A stretch of DNA of 64,000 nucleotides from an uncultured Thermoplasmata archaeon (GTDB taxonomy: Archaea; Thermoplasmatota; Thermoplasmata; UBA10834), in NCBI GenBank assembly GCA_963705355.1, contig OY970070.1, positions 91,056 through 155,055 of the forward strand, written 5' to 3'. Below are positions 10,727-23,733 of the stretch, one piece after another. Made by a program: the position numbers and the translations under genes. Under the pieces are notes generated by a model, which did not search any database, had not been told where the DNA came from, and saw only the letters and a list, made by a program, of their open reading frames with translations. How positions within the stretch are numbered: the stretch's first letter is position 1; each line of letters starts with the position of its first letter.

Positions 10727-10900
10727 TCAGGAACCTCCGGGCTAAATGCATCAGTGCAATCCTAACCAGACAACCAGTGCTGTCTGGAGAGCATCCACCC
10801 CCACACACTAAGGTCTATAAAACCCTTATGATGATGATGAATGACGGCTTATGTCAGTTTCCGCGCATGCCAGCATCCATTTTTCTGCGGCCGAATCCTG

Positions 10901-11797
10901 CTATCTTGTCTGTTCACGTGCGTGGGCATGCCCACTGTCGGAGGACAGGTGGTCATGCTCGTGGACATGCGCGTGGAGATGCCTGCCCTCCCGGTCGATC
11001 ACCTTCGTGAGCTCCGCAACCGCCTGATCCATGGACACGGGAAGGTCGTCGACAGCGTAGCCCATGGAATCCAAGACCCTGAAGAGCTTCGAGACGGGCG
11101 GGACCTCCAATCCAGCCTGCTCAAGCACGTCCCTCGATTTCACCAGGTCCCTCATCGTGCCCCCCTTGAGGATCTCGACGTTGAGGACGATCGCTCTGTC
11201 CACTATCTCAGCAGCCGCCTCGAGGTCGTGCGTGGCGATCAGCATTGTCCTGTCCAAGCCTTTGAGAAGCTTGATCAGGTCCGATCTTGACCTCGGATCC
11301 AGGCCAGAGGTGGGCTCGTCCAGAAGCAGCGTATCGGGATCCATCGCGATGATGCCTGCGATGGCTACCCGTTTCTTCATCCCGTGGCTGAGCTTGTGAG
11401 GTCTTCGCTTTGCGAGGTGCTCGATCCCCGCACTTCTAAGGCCTTTCTCGACTCTTTTTTCGATCGCGTCTTGCTTGAGGTTGCGGGGGCCGAACGCGAC
11501 ATCTTCCTCAACGGTCGGCATGAATATCTGGTCGTCGGGCTCCTGGAAGAGCAGCCCAACCCGTTTCCGCAGGTTGTCCGCACTCGACTCCGTGAGCGTT
11601 TTGCCGTCGATCATCACCTTCCCAGCGAAGGGCATCCTGAACCCTGCAATCAGATGGAGGAGGGTCGATTTTCCCGCCCCGTTCGGGCCTATGACGGCGA
11701 CCTTCTCCCCGCGGTCCAGCGATAGTGAAACGTTCTTGAGAGCGACAGTGCCGTCCTCGTACGAAAACCCCAGGCCTGCGATTTCGAGCGGTCTCAC
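10901..11797 (-). CDS. cbiO: ECF/Cbi-type transporter ATP-binding protein (CbiO/NikO) with His-rich C-terminal tail
   Basis: Walker A GPNGAGKST, signature LSHGMKKR, Walker B LLLDEP. The likely start is GTG at 11797-11795, which overlaps the cbiQ stop TGA (GTGA). The tail is HLHAHVHEHDHLSSDSGHAHA. Confidence 0.88.
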   Translation of the reverse strand: MRPLEIAGLGFSYEDGTVALKNVSLSLDRGEKVAVIGPNGAGKSTLLHLIAGFRMPFAGKVMIDGKTLTESSADNLRKRVGLLFQEPDDQIFMPTVEEDVAFGPRNLKQDAIEKRVEKGLRSAGIEHLAKRRPHKLSHGMKKRVAIAGIIAMDPDTLLLDEPTSGLDPRSRSDLIKLLKGLDRTMLIATHDLEAAAEIVDRAIVLNVEILKGGTMRDLVKSRDVLEQAGLEVPPVSKLFRVLDSMGYAVDDLPVSMDQAVAELTKVIDREGRHLHAHVHEHDHLSSDSGHAHAREQTR

Positions 11798-12543
11798 TGA
11801 ACCACTCCTATCTGTAGCATCAGGAGAATGCCCGCGACAACGATCAGACTCGCCATGAATGAGGTCTCCAGAACAGTGATTCTCGACATCTTCCAAGGCA
11901 TGAGCTCTCCGTCGAATCCCTTTCCCTTGAGCCCCTCATAGACCCTGTCGCCCCTCCCAAGCGAGCGGACGAGGACCATGCCAGCGGTGTATGAAATGAC
12001 CCTCAGGCCATACCTGTCCAGGAGGCTCCTTCCTCCTGCGAATCCCCGCGCCTTTCTTGCCACGGTCATCCTGCTGAGCTCCTCAGAGAGCAGCAGTATG
12101 TATCTCTGGGTCAGCATCAAGAGCGTCGTTATGACTGCTGGCACGCGGAGTCGTCTCAGGCCGGCAAAGAGGTCGAAGCTCTCGGTTCCAGCCGCCAGGA
12201 CCAGGAGGGGCAATATGCACGCCGAAGTCCTGGCCAACATCTCGATCCCTCGCTCCCAGCCGCCGAACACGAACATCGAGACTGATGCGAGGAGAATGAA
12301 CGGTAGCGCTGTGAGATACATTCTTGCGAGATGGGCTAGCGGGAGCATGCTGGCAATCGCCATCGCGAGTGCGAATGCAAGTGAGACAAAGATCAACTCC
12401 GGGCGGGTCAGTACTGCTGAAACCACGATGAACAAGAAAACGGCGACCAGTTTGGCTCTTGCATCCAGCCTACCGAACCAGACCTCGTTTGCATACTGAT
12501 CGAGGCGACTGCTGCGCTGCCCAAGGATGTGGCCCGCGATCAT
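11794..12543 (-). CDS. cbiQ: ECF transporter transmembrane (T) component CbiQ/NikQ
   Basis: Polytopic membrane protein between cbiM and cbiO. Its ATG overlaps the cbiM stop (ATGA at 12540-12543). Confidence 0.8.
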   Translation of the reverse strand: MIAGHILGQRSSRLDQYANEVWFGRLDARAKLVAVFLFIVVSAVLTRPELIFVSLAFALAMAIASMLPLAHLARMYLTALPFILLASVSMFVFGGWERGIEMLARTSACILPLLVLAAGTESFDLFAGLRRLRVPAVITTLLMLTQRYILLLSEELSRMTVARKARGFAGGRSLLDRYGLRVISYTAGMVLVRSLGRGDRVYEGLKGKGFDGELMPWKMSRITVLETSFMASLIVVAGILLMLQIGVVQ

Positions 12544-13529
12544 GGGTTCGTGTCTCTGCCAGCTCTCACTCTGACCAGCTTGAGCACTCCCATCGCAGCA
12601 AGAGCGACTGCGAGGAACCCGAGAATGCCAGCGAACAGAGCGCTGAAGTAGTTCTCCCCGTAGCTGAACGGGCTTGCCATCAGAGGTTCTCTCTCAGTCA
12701 CATTGGCATTCTCCATTGTTTTTTCTAGGCCGTCCTTCCCCGCGCTCGAATACAGGAAATAGAGCGGAAGGGCGAGCGCGAAGACGATGATGATCGCAAC
12801 AACTGCCTTGACGGTGCTGCTCGAGATGAGTCCCGCTAGGCCAGGAAGCACTTTTTTTGTTGGGCTGTCCAGCGTGATTGCGCCGGGCGATACGCTCCAC
12901 AGATAGACGAACACCCCAGCTGTAATGATGGCCTCGCCCACACCGATTATGGCGTGAACGCCGAGCATCGCGGGGACCGATACCGTAGCCGCTATGCCAT
13001 ACGCGCCTGATGAGACTGCATAGCTGACCGATAGCTCAGCAGCGCATGTCGCTGCCGCAACGAAAACCGACGCCCAGGCGGCGGCACCAACAACAAAGCC
13101 ACTTGCCACTCTACTGGTGCTCCCTGTTTTCTCGGTCAGCGGTTTGAGCAGTGTGTAGACGCCCCAGCCCGTGAGCGGCGCAATCACAGCCATGTTCAGC
13201 CCGTTCAGGCCGAGCGCGGTGATCCCGCCGTCCCCGAACAACAGCCCCTGGATAAGCAGCACGACCGTCATGCCGATGACGGCAACCATCGGACCAGCGA
13301 TGATTGCGAACAAGGCGCCTCCGATGAGGTGGCCAGTCGTCCCTCCGCCAATGGGGAAATTGAGCATCTGCGCCACGAAGATCCCTGCGGATAGGACAGC
13401 CACCCTTGGCAGGTTCTTCTCCTTGATTCGGTCTCGTGATAGCAGCATGACCCCCGCAAGAACCACGAGGAACTCGATCCATCCAATCATGCTGACCGAA
13501 GGGTCCATGAGCCCGTCAGGTATGTGCAT
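12540..13529 (-). CDS. cbiM: CbiM/NikM substrate-capture component fused to a PDGLE/CbiN-like C-terminal domain
   Basis: The MHIPDGLMDP N-terminus is diagnostic of CbiM/NikM. The C-terminal about 100 aa contain GKDGLEKT (PDGLE-type) plus a terminal TM helix. Confidence 0.85.
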   Translation of the reverse strand: MHIPDGLMDPSVSMIGWIEFLVVLAGVMLLSRDRIKEKNLPRVAVLSAGIFVAQMLNFPIGGGTTGHLIGGALFAIIAGPMVAVIGMTVVLLIQGLLFGDGGITALGLNGLNMAVIAPLTGWGVYTLLKPLTEKTGSTSRVASGFVVGAAAWASVFVAAATCAAELSVSYAVSSGAYGIAATVSVPAMLGVHAIIGVGEAIITAGVFVYLWSVSPGAITLDSPTKKVLPGLAGLISSSTVKAVVAIIIVFALALPLYFLYSSAGKDGLEKTMENANVTEREPLMASPFSYGENYFSALFAGILGFLAVALAAMGVLKLVRVRAGRDTNP

Positions 13530-13543
13530 TCAGGTCCTCCTCG

Positions 13544-13591
13544 GTAATACGATTATGAATTCCCGTAATACCGAATGCGCGATTCGTATTA
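13544..13591. promoter_or_regulatory. candidate NikR operator in the divergent cbiM/nikR promoter region
   Basis: Three copies of TAATAC(C)GA(A/T)T. Two are direct (13545-13554, 13566-13576) and one is inverted (13582-13591). Together they form the palindrome TAATACCGAAT-gcgcg-ATTCGTATTA, which overlaps AT-rich TATA-like boxes for both genes. Confidence 0.5.
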
Positions 13592-13648
13592 AAATCCTCC
13601 CACGGACGGCTGGCAACGCTTATGACGGGACATGTCGTTTCACTGTTC

Positions 13649-14056
13649 ATGGCGGAGAAGACCAGGATATCACTGAGCGTCTCACAGGATCTTCTTGAGG
13701 AGTTCGACCGCTTGGCCAGAATCCTCGGACAACCCACGAGGTCCAAGGCGGTCAGCGAGGCGATGCGCGAATTCCTCGCGAACAGAAAATGGGACATTGC
13801 CAAGAAGGGCCAGGTGCCTGGCGTCATTCTGGTAACGTATGACCATCACTCACGAGGAGTGAACAGGGCGCTGACGGAGTTGCAACATGAGTATCCAGAC
13901 GTTGTGTCTGCAACAATGCACATCCACTTGTCCAAACGTACATGCCTTGAGGTCATTGCGTTCAGGGGCGAAGCTAATAGAGTGCGGACTTTGGCAAGGA
14001 CACTCCAATCGCAGAAAGGTGTCCTTGATCTGAAACTGTTGACCTCTCCCGCTTGA
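13649..14056 (+). CDS. nikR: nickel-responsive regulator NikR (RHH + ACT-like metal-binding domain)
   Basis: RHH N-terminus (TRISLSVSQDLLEEFDRL). The C-domain has conserved His/Cys positions (YDHHSRG...HIHLSKRTCLEV). Divergent from the ECF transporter genes. Confidence 0.85.
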   Translation: MAEKTRISLSVSQDLLEEFDRLARILGQPTRSKAVSEAMREFLANRKWDIAKKGQVPGVILVTYDHHSRGVNRALTELQHEYPDVVSATMHIHLSKRTCLEVIAFRGEANRVRTLARTLQSQKGVLDLKLLTSPA

Positions 14057-14181
14057 TTGAGTCGGCTTTGCTCTGAAATGTGAATTTAAGTGCAGTCGCA
14101 GAATGCGATTAATGCAAGTTGTACGATTTTGGGCGAATCATTTCCGGCACTATTCCCATGCAGATTCTCGACATCCTCTGT

Positions 14182-14778
14182 CTAAGGATGACCGCCGATG
14201 AGTATGAGGATTATCGCCGTCCCAAGTCCGGCGATCACGAATCTCAGACCCGTGTAGACGATGGTCTCCTTTATCAAGCTGCCCAGATAAGCCCCGAGCA
14301 CGAACAGGAATGAGAGGGTCATCGCGATGGCTGTGACCACTGCGGAATCCAATTCCATGAAGAAGAATGGGATCAACGGCACGAATGCAGATAGCAGGGG
14401 TGCGATGCCGTGCGCTATCGCGCTGACTGAGATGCTGACCCTCATGGCATCTATTCTGTCGCCCTCTACTGGCCGAAGCATCGCCTTCTCTAGTTTCTGA
14501 TGGCCGAGCAGATGCTCTACCCGTTCAGCTTCGTAGGCTCCCACCGTGCTCGAGACGGCCAGTGCGATGCCTCCAGCAACACCCGCCCCGATGATCAGAT
14601 GTTTCGCCAGCTCAGGATGGGCTATCCCTTCGCCCACATATGCGCCGAGGATGACTCCGAGAATGGTGAGGGCGCCGTCAAATGCACCTATGACGAAATA
14701 GCGTCTGGCAATGGCGCCGGACTTGGTAAGACTGAACTGGAACCTGAGTTTCTTTAGCCTCTCGGCAATACTGGTCAT
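14182..14778 (-). CDS. VIT1/CCC1-family membrane protein (iron/manganese transporter-like)
   Basis: RRYFVIGAFDGALTILGVILG and repeated Gly-rich TM helices typical of the VIT family. Confidence 0.65.
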   Translation of the reverse strand: MTSIAERLKKLRFQFSLTKSGAIARRYFVIGAFDGALTILGVILGAYVGEGIAHPELAKHLIIGAGVAGGIALAVSSTVGAYEAERVEHLLGHQKLEKAMLRPVEGDRIDAMRVSISVSAIAHGIAPLLSAFVPLIPFFFMELDSAVVTAIAMTLSFLFVLGAYLGSLIKETIVYTGLRFVIAGLGTAIILILIGGHP

Positions 14779-14785
14779 CTGGTGA

Positions 14786-17479
14786 TCACTCTTTCTCCAA
14801 GCTTGACTTCACCATTGCCATGACCCTGTCGACCGCTGCCTCAAGCTTGGCAGCGTCCTGTCCTCCACCCTGGGCGAAATCGGGCTTTCCCCCTCCCGAG
14901 CCGTTGACCATGCTCATCGCTTCCTTCATCAGCGGCCTGCAATCGATCTGCAGGTCCGGGCTCCTGGCGATGACCATCTTCACCCCGTTTTCGTCCGACC
15001 CCAGGACAGCTATCGTTTTGGGATGATCGATCAGCTCCTTGGCCAGGCTGATGAGGTGCTTGATGTCCTCCGACTCGACGTATCTGACGATTTTGACGCC
15101 TCCTGTCTGGACGGCCTTCTGCAGGAGATCGTCTACCGTCTCGCCGACTCTTCCCTTCTTCATCGCGTCGATCTCCTTCGTGAGGTCTTTCTTGTCGGCC
15201 ATGAGCTTGGCCACAGCTTCGTTGATCTTGTCCGGCGTTGTGTTGAGCCTCGCGCTGGCATCGACGGCAGCGTTCCAGAAACCGATCAGCTGCTCAATGG
15301 CCGGCATCCCGGAAACGAATTCCAGTCTCACGACACCGTCCTGAATACGCTTGGTTCTCAGGATCTTGATCGCGCCGACCTCAAGCGAGTTCTTGCAATG
15401 AATCCCTCCGCAGGCCTCGACGTCGAAATCTCCGATTCTGATGACTCTGATCTCTTTTCCGGGGACAGCTCCTCCCTGGTACAGCCTGAAGCCGTAGCGC
15501 TTCTCCGCCAGGTTTCGTTCCATGAACGAGCTGTTGACCTTGGTGGCGGACAGGACTGTCTCGTTGGCCAGCAGTTCGATTTTCTCGAGCTCTTCGGGCG
15601 TGAGGTCTGCATAGTGCGTGATATCCAATCTTGCGATGTCGACCCCCTTGTGGGCACCCGTCTGCCATATGTGGTTGCCCAGGATCTTCCTCGCCGCTCC
15701 GTTCACTATGTGAGTGGCTGTGTGGTGCCTTTGGAGGCGCCTCCTCCGGTTCTCGTCGATCGTGGATGTGATTTGCTTCCCTTCGACCGCCTGCATCTCC
15801 CCTTCGACCTTGTGGACCACCACATTGCCTACCTTGTCAACGTGCACGACCTTCATGTCCTTCATGGTACCGTGGTCGCTCTCCTGGCCGCCGCTCTCCG
15901 CATAGAAGTAGGTCTTGTCCAGAACGACGAGGTCTCCGATCACAGCAAGAACCTTCGCTCGGAACTTGTACTTCGAAGGGTCCTTGTAGAACAGCAGCTT
16001 GGTCGTAGGCAATCCTTCGGGTAGCTCTATCGTCGGAGCGATCTCGTCATGTTCGACCTTGGAATGTCTGGCCGCGACTCTCTTGTAGAAGTCATCGGGA
16101 ACCGTCACGGGGCTGGATGCGAATTCGGCGACGACCTCCGGGTTCAGGCCATGAGAGTCGTAAAGCTCGATCAGGTCCTCGTCGCTGATGCGCTTCTTTT
16201 CGTTCTTCTCCGCCGCCTCGAGTCTCTGGACGATCCCTCTTCCCTTCACGAGCGTCTCCCTGTATTTCTCGTGCTCGACATCCACGAGTTTGATGATCTC
16301 GGCCTTGTTCTCCCTCAGATCAGGGAAGTCTCGAGAGAAGTAGTCGACCTGGGAAGCGATTATCTCCGAGAGCTTCGTTTCTATGCCCAGCTGGGACATC
16401 TCTCTCAAGGCTCTTCGAACGAGAAGCCTGGCGAAGTAACCTTGCCGAACATTCGAAGGGACGACGCCGTCGCTTAGCATGAACATGAGCGCGCGGGTGT
16501 GATCGCAGACGACATACATGCTCTCGAACGGCCTGATCTGCTTCACGAAATCCTCGGCCTTCATTCCAAGCCGAGCAGCTGCATCGGCCTTCAGCGCTCG
16601 CACATCCGCTGCGGTCTCGATTTTCATCGATCCGGCGGCCTTCGAGTACTCAGCGAGGATGGCATCATCGATCTTCGTGCCGGAAAGCCTCTTCAGCTCC
16701 TCCAGGACGTCGCCGAAGACCGCCTCGTAAGCAGACGGTGTGCCCTGCGATATCCACGTGAGTCGTTCCAGGCCATAACCCGTGTCGACAACCTGGATGT
16801 CCATCGGTCTCTGGTTGCCGTTGTCCATGGCATAGCTCATGAAGACAAGCGTTGCGACCTCAACGCCTCCGAGCAGCACTTCCAGGCAGGGGCCAGCGTT
16901 ACCGCCCCCCTCCCACCATGCCTCGGAGTAGTTGACCATCCTCGGATCCAGACCATGAACTCCGGTGAGGAACTCGTGACACAGCTCGGTCGTCCGATCC
17001 TTCCAGTAGATCTCCTTGCCCCGCTTGTTGAAAACGTGATGCGCCATCATCTCGAACATCGTGAAGTGCGACCCTGTCTTGCCCACGTTGTCGATGTCGT
17101 TGAATCTGACGCACGTCTGCGAAATGCCAAGAGGATTCGCTGGCGGCTCGACGATGCCCTGGATGACCCATGGCTGGAAACCGTAGATGCTGGCTTGCGT
17201 GAAGAATACGTCGTCCCTCCATCGTGCGGTGATGGGATACCTCGAGACCCTTGTGTGTCCGTTCCGTTCGAGGAATGACAGAAAGCTCTCTCGCATCTCG
17301 TGGACGCTCTGCTTCTCTTTGAGCAGCGGCTTCCCTATGAAGGTGTATTCGACGCAAGGGGCTTCCCCGCATGTGTCTGCGTCACCGAGCGTCCAAAAGA
17401 ACTTGCCGCAGCTCTTGCACTGCTTCCGCTGGAACCCGTTGTTCTTGAAGAAGTCCAGCTCATAGTCTTTCGGGTCCAT
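14786..17479 (-). CDS. alaS: alanine--tRNA ligase (archaeal type)
   Basis: 897 aa with an N-terminal Cys motif (CKSCGKFFWT...CGEAPC), class II core, editing-domain HxxxH (HHTATH) and CGGIH, and a C-terminal DHHA1-like domain. Confidence 0.93.
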   Translation of the reverse strand: MDPKDYELDFFKNNGFQRKQCKSCGKFFWTLGDADTCGEAPCVEYTFIGKPLLKEKQSVHEMRESFLSFLERNGHTRVSRYPITARWRDDVFFTQASIYGFQPWVIQGIVEPPANPLGISQTCVRFNDIDNVGKTGSHFTMFEMMAHHVFNKRGKEIYWKDRTTELCHEFLTGVHGLDPRMVNYSEAWWEGGGNAGPCLEVLLGGVEVATLVFMSYAMDNGNQRPMDIQVVDTGYGLERLTWISQGTPSAYEAVFGDVLEELKRLSGTKIDDAILAEYSKAAGSMKIETAADVRALKADAAARLGMKAEDFVKQIRPFESMYVVCDHTRALMFMLSDGVVPSNVRQGYFARLLVRRALREMSQLGIETKLSEIIASQVDYFSRDFPDLRENKAEIIKLVDVEHEKYRETLVKGRGIVQRLEAAEKNEKKRISDEDLIELYDSHGLNPEVVAEFASSPVTVPDDFYKRVAARHSKVEHDEIAPTIELPEGLPTTKLLFYKDPSKYKFRAKVLAVIGDLVVLDKTYFYAESGGQESDHGTMKDMKVVHVDKVGNVVVHKVEGEMQAVEGKQITSTIDENRRRRLQRHHTATHIVNGAARKILGNHIWQTGAHKGVDIARLDITHYADLTPEELEKIELLANETVLSATKVNSSFMERNLAEKRYGFRLYQGGAVPGKEIRVIRIGDFDVEACGGIHCKNSLEVGAIKILRTKRIQDGVVRLEFVSGMPAIEQLIGFWNAAVDASARLNTTPDKINEAVAKLMADKKDLTKEIDAMKKGRVGETVDDLLQKAVQTGGVKIVRYVESEDIKHLISLAKELIDHPKTIAVLGSDENGVKMVIARSPDLQIDCRPLMKEAMSMVNGSGGGKPDFAQGGGQDAAKLEAAVDRVMAMVKSSLEKE

Positions 17480-17545
17480 CTTTCCTCTGTCCGCTAGATG
17501 AGTCTTCAGAATATAACCGTTTTCGTGCGATTGTCCATTGTGCGC

Positions 17546-18760
17546 TCAGGTGAAGGCGTAGGAAGGGTCCGAAAGCCTCGACTTGATTATGTCTATCGGC
17601 TCTCCTTCCTTGATGATCTTGGCAACTCTGGGCGCCTCCTTCTTGGTTCCGAGCAGGATCGCGCCAATCATCTTGCCGTCCTTGATCACGAACTTCTTGT
17701 AGATGCTCCTGTCCGGACTCACAGCCCATATCTCCTCGACGCCAGGCTCAGGTGGCTCGTGGACGCTCCTCACCATTCCTATCGATGTGAGGTCGAAGCC
17801 GGAGACTTTCAACGTGTTTGATGGCACCGTGCCCTGGTAGTCCGGCCCTGGCTGTCCAAGGATCTTCTTCGCAGCAATTCTGGCCTGATCCAGGGCGGGC
17901 GGGATCATTGCCCAGACCTGACCGCCAAACTCGCAGGCGTCTCCGAGCGCGAAGATGTCCGGATCAGACGTCCTAAGTGAGGGATCCACCACGATTCCTT
18001 TGTTCACCTTCAGACCTGCATCTCTCGCGAAGCCGACGTTTGACCGGGTTCCTGCAGATATGATGACGAGATCTCCTTCGATCACGCGCCCATCCTTCAG
18101 CTTGACGCCCTCCACGTGGTCTCCTCCCAGGATCTCCTCCGTTTCCGCCTTCAGAATTATCTTGGCGCCGGTCTTCTCTATCCATCCTTGAAGAACCGCA
18201 GCACCCTGATGGCCTAGCTGCCGCATGAGCAGGTGTTCTGCGAATTCGAGGATCGTCACTGTCAGCTCAGGAAACGCAGTGCACACTCCTCTTGCCGCCT
18301 CCAGTCCGAGGAGCCCTCCTCCGATCACAATCGCGTGGTTCGACTTCGACGCGGCCTCGAGTATCTTCCTGGCATCATCAATCGTGCGGAGAGCAAAGAC
18401 GTTCTTCTTCGGCAGTCCCTTGAGCGGTGGGATGTGACTCGAGGAACCGGTCGCCAGGGCGAGCTTGTCGTACGAGTGCAAGTTCCCATTGATTAGAATA
18501 TCCTTCGCGGCGGGATCTATCCTCTCGGCTTTCGAGTTGAGGTGAAGTGTGAGCGTGTTCTTCGCATACCAATCCATCGGATAGAATGGCATGTCCTTCT
18601 CTTTGGCAGCCCCGGCGAGGTAGTCGATCAACCTGGGCCTCGGATAATAGGGCATACCCTCGTCGGTGAAGATCTCAACCTCGGCGCTTGCATCGGCGTC
18701 TCGAAGAGCCTTGGCCAAGGTCGTTCCTGCGACATTGTTGCCGATGATGATGACCTTCAT
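17546..18760 (-). CDS. FAD-dependent pyridine nucleotide-disulfide oxidoreductase (NADH oxidase / rubredoxin reductase-like)
   Basis: The MKVIIIGNNVAGTT dinucleotide fold starts at an internal Met (18760). Also a second Rossmann motif VIGGGLLGLE and ALGDACE. Confidence 0.8.
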   Translation of the reverse strand: MKVIIIGNNVAGTTLAKALRDADASAEVEIFTDEGMPYYPRPRLIDYLAGAAKEKDMPFYPMDWYAKNTLTLHLNSKAERIDPAAKDILINGNLHSYDKLALATGSSSHIPPLKGLPKKNVFALRTIDDARKILEAASKSNHAIVIGGGLLGLEAARGVCTAFPELTVTILEFAEHLLMRQLGHQGAAVLQGWIEKTGAKIILKAETEEILGGDHVEGVKLKDGRVIEGDLVIISAGTRSNVGFARDAGLKVNKGIVVDPSLRTSDPDIFALGDACEFGGQVWAMIPPALDQARIAAKKILGQPGPDYQGTVPSNTLKVSGFDLTSIGMVRSVHEPPEPGVEEIWAVSPDRSIYKKFVIKDGKMIGAILLGTKKEAPRVAKIIKEGEPIDIIKSRLSDPSYAFT

Positions 18761-18890
18761 CTCATTCGCCTCGTCGCAGAATTCCAACTTCAATCGGCTG
18801 ATGAGATGCTTGGTCTTTAAGCTTGCGAGGGACAGCGACCTGACGCAAACCATTATCCACGAAAATCCAATTGGAGGAAGCGCGACATAG

Positions 18891-19310
18891 ATGAACGATT
18901 CCTCGAGAACAAAGAATGGTGTCTCAGGTGACCCGAGCCTAGCTCAGCAGATTTCTCCGCCGGTTCCTGAAACGCCTAGGCGAAGCACGCACCTTCTTCT
19001 GGGAGGCGGGATGACGCTCGCTGCGGGCATATTAGCTCTGATCAATGGCCTCAGAGCTATAGTCTCCAACAGTCCGATTGCGCTCGGGCCCGAGGCCAGC
19101 TTCACCAAGTACACCGCCTGCGGCATAATGGTGATCTTGTTCGGCATTGTGGCCGTTGCTGGAGGAATTTGTGCGCTTCGGGGAAGGAACTTCACACTCG
19201 CATTGGCGGGAGCCGTCTTTGGAATTCTGGGTGGCGGCCTCTTCGGGTTCTTTCTTGGTTTTGGGGCTCTTGTCGTGTTCGGCCTGTCCAATGAGGACCT
19301 ATCGAGCTGA
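18891..19310 (+). CDS. small hypothetical membrane protein
   Basis: Three or four Gly/Ala-rich TM helices. No family recognised, and the start is uncertain. Confidence 0.4.
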   Translation: MNDSSRTKNGVSGDPSLAQQISPPVPETPRRSTHLLLGGGMTLAAGILALINGLRAIVSNSPIALGPEASFTKYTACGIMVILFGIVAVAGGICALRGRNFTLALAGAVFGILGGGLFGFFLGFGALVVFGLSNEDLSS

Positions 19311-19361
19311 AGCTGATCGGTCTGAGATGAAATGAGAAATACGGAAGGATGCAGCAGGCTT

Positions 19362-19390
19362 CATGTGCGATACGTGTAACGGCTGAGCCG
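19362..19390 (-). other. 3' strand of the 23S rRNA processing stem (BHB-like)
   Basis: The sense sequence CGGCUCAGC-CGUU-ACAC-GUAUCGCACAUG pairs with 22598-22626. Confidence 0.7.
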
Positions 19391-19399
19391 AACTGCCGG

Positions 19400-22595
<3,196 letters not shown>

Positions 22596-22597
22596 GT

Positions 22598-22626
22598 CGA
22601 CTCAGCACACGTCCGTATCGCACATG
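22598..22626 (-). other. 5' strand of the 23S rRNA processing stem (BHB-like)
   Basis: The sense sequence CAUGUGCGAUAC-GGAC-GUGU-GCUGAGUCG pairs with 19362-19390. That gives a 12-bp helix, a bulge, a 4-bp helix, an opposite-strand bulge and a 9-bp helix. Confidence 0.7.
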
Positions 22627-22789
22627 ATCGGTATTCACTGGGGCCCGCGGTCCTTCCCGTCCGCTGTCCCTCAACCATCTTCCCCGAACACAATGTGGTC
22701 GGGTGCACGTCCACCCCCGCTTTACTAGAGCACATTCCGTATTTAGGCGTTGCCCTACGTGGGTGAGATTCACGCTATGCTCGGTCCCG

Positions 22790-22796
22790 TATAAAA
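22790..22796 (-). promoter_or_regulatory. candidate TATA box for the 23S rRNA transcript
   Basis: The sense strand reads GCTTTTATAC about 165 nt upstream of the processing stem. It is the only strong TATA-like element I saw in the leader. Confidence 0.3.
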
Positions 22797-22917
22797 GCGT
22801 TACTCCACGGGCGCGACTGCACCAGCACTTCCTTTGGAAGGTCCATGATTCGTCAATCCGTCGACCGAAATGTTGATTTGCGTTCGCGCTGATGGCAGTC
22901 GAGATGGGGTGCGGTGA

Positions 22918-23655
22918 TTGAGTCCTGAGCAGCCAAAGCCAGACACGAAGCAGCAAGGGCCAGCATCCCCTCCGGAACCCCCTCCTCCGCTTCCTCCTGT
23001 CGATGCCGGGCCGGGAGCTGCAAAGAAACCTGACGAGGATGTTTGGAAGGAGGATTACGACGACCTGGTCAAGCCTGAGGAACCGCCGAAGCCTGTGAAG
23101 AGAACGAAAATGCCGTGGGGTGCCATTCTCATAACTTTCCTCCTTATCCTCATACTCATCCTCTGGACGATCTTCAGCCCGAACATCATGCCCCAAGAGG
23201 GCGATACGTACACCAGTTCTCCCACTCATGCGAGTTGGGGGAACTACACAGGATATCGGGACATATGGGCGGGCAACATGTCCTGGGGCGTGTCGGTCAG
23301 CGGGCATGCAACGTCCGCAGGCAATCGGTCCATCGAGCTCAAGGTCCTCGTCACCAAGGTGTCCGAGAGGCCCGGCAACTGGTTCTTCAGGGGCACGGCC
23401 ATATCGCTGAGGAACGTGTCTGTGTTCATTGGCCCGAGTGACAACGCGACATTCCTCGCCTCGATGTCCAACCATACTGAACTCGAATACGGAGTGTTGG
23501 CGACTGTTCCTGCAGTCTTCAGCGGTCCTGGGACATATCAGCTTGTCGTGAAGGTCAGGTTCCTGGTCTACGAGGTCATGCGGATCGGCTTCATCCCGTT
23601 GGAGGCCGTGAATGTCTACCCAGTCTTCATCGACTCTCCTGTTGTCGTGGCTTGA
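22918..23655 (+). CDS. hypothetical membrane-anchored protein with Pro-rich N-terminus
   Basis: Pro/Lys/Glu-rich N-terminus, one TM helix (WGAILITFLLILILILWTIF) and an extracytoplasmic domain with several N-x-S/T sequons. It uses a TTG start, and the true start could be the internal Met at aa 65. I prefer it to the antisense ORF 22582..23475. Confidence 0.5.
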   Translation: MSPEQPKPDTKQQGPASPPEPPPPLPPVDAGPGAAKKPDEDVWKEDYDDLVKPEEPPKPVKRTKMPWGAILITFLLILILILWTIFSPNIMPQEGDTYTSSPTHASWGNYTGYRDIWAGNMSWGVSVSGHATSAGNRSIELKVLVTKVSERPGNWFFRGTAISLRNVSVFIGPSDNATFLASMSNHTELEYGVLATVPAVFSGPGTYQLVVKVRFLVYEVMRIGFIPLEAVNVYPVFIDSPVVVA

Positions 23656-23733
23656 ACATGGGCTTCCAAGGAACTCGGGCCCTTGTCATCGCCGCCTTCT
23701 CCGGGAGAGCCTAAATAGCACGACTGTCATCCG

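Noticed and set aside
15023-17278. Long plus-strand ORFs (333 aa at 15023..16024 and 259 aa at 16499..17278) antisense to alaS. Similar antisense ORFs are 5796..6422, 6441..7055, 24457..25491, 30046..30921, 47947..49119 and 57674..58351.
   Set aside because: They lie opposite genes with unambiguous conserved motifs. Their Arg/Leu/Asp/Pro-biased composition is typical of antisense frames in GC-rich DNA, and they contain no recognisable motifs.
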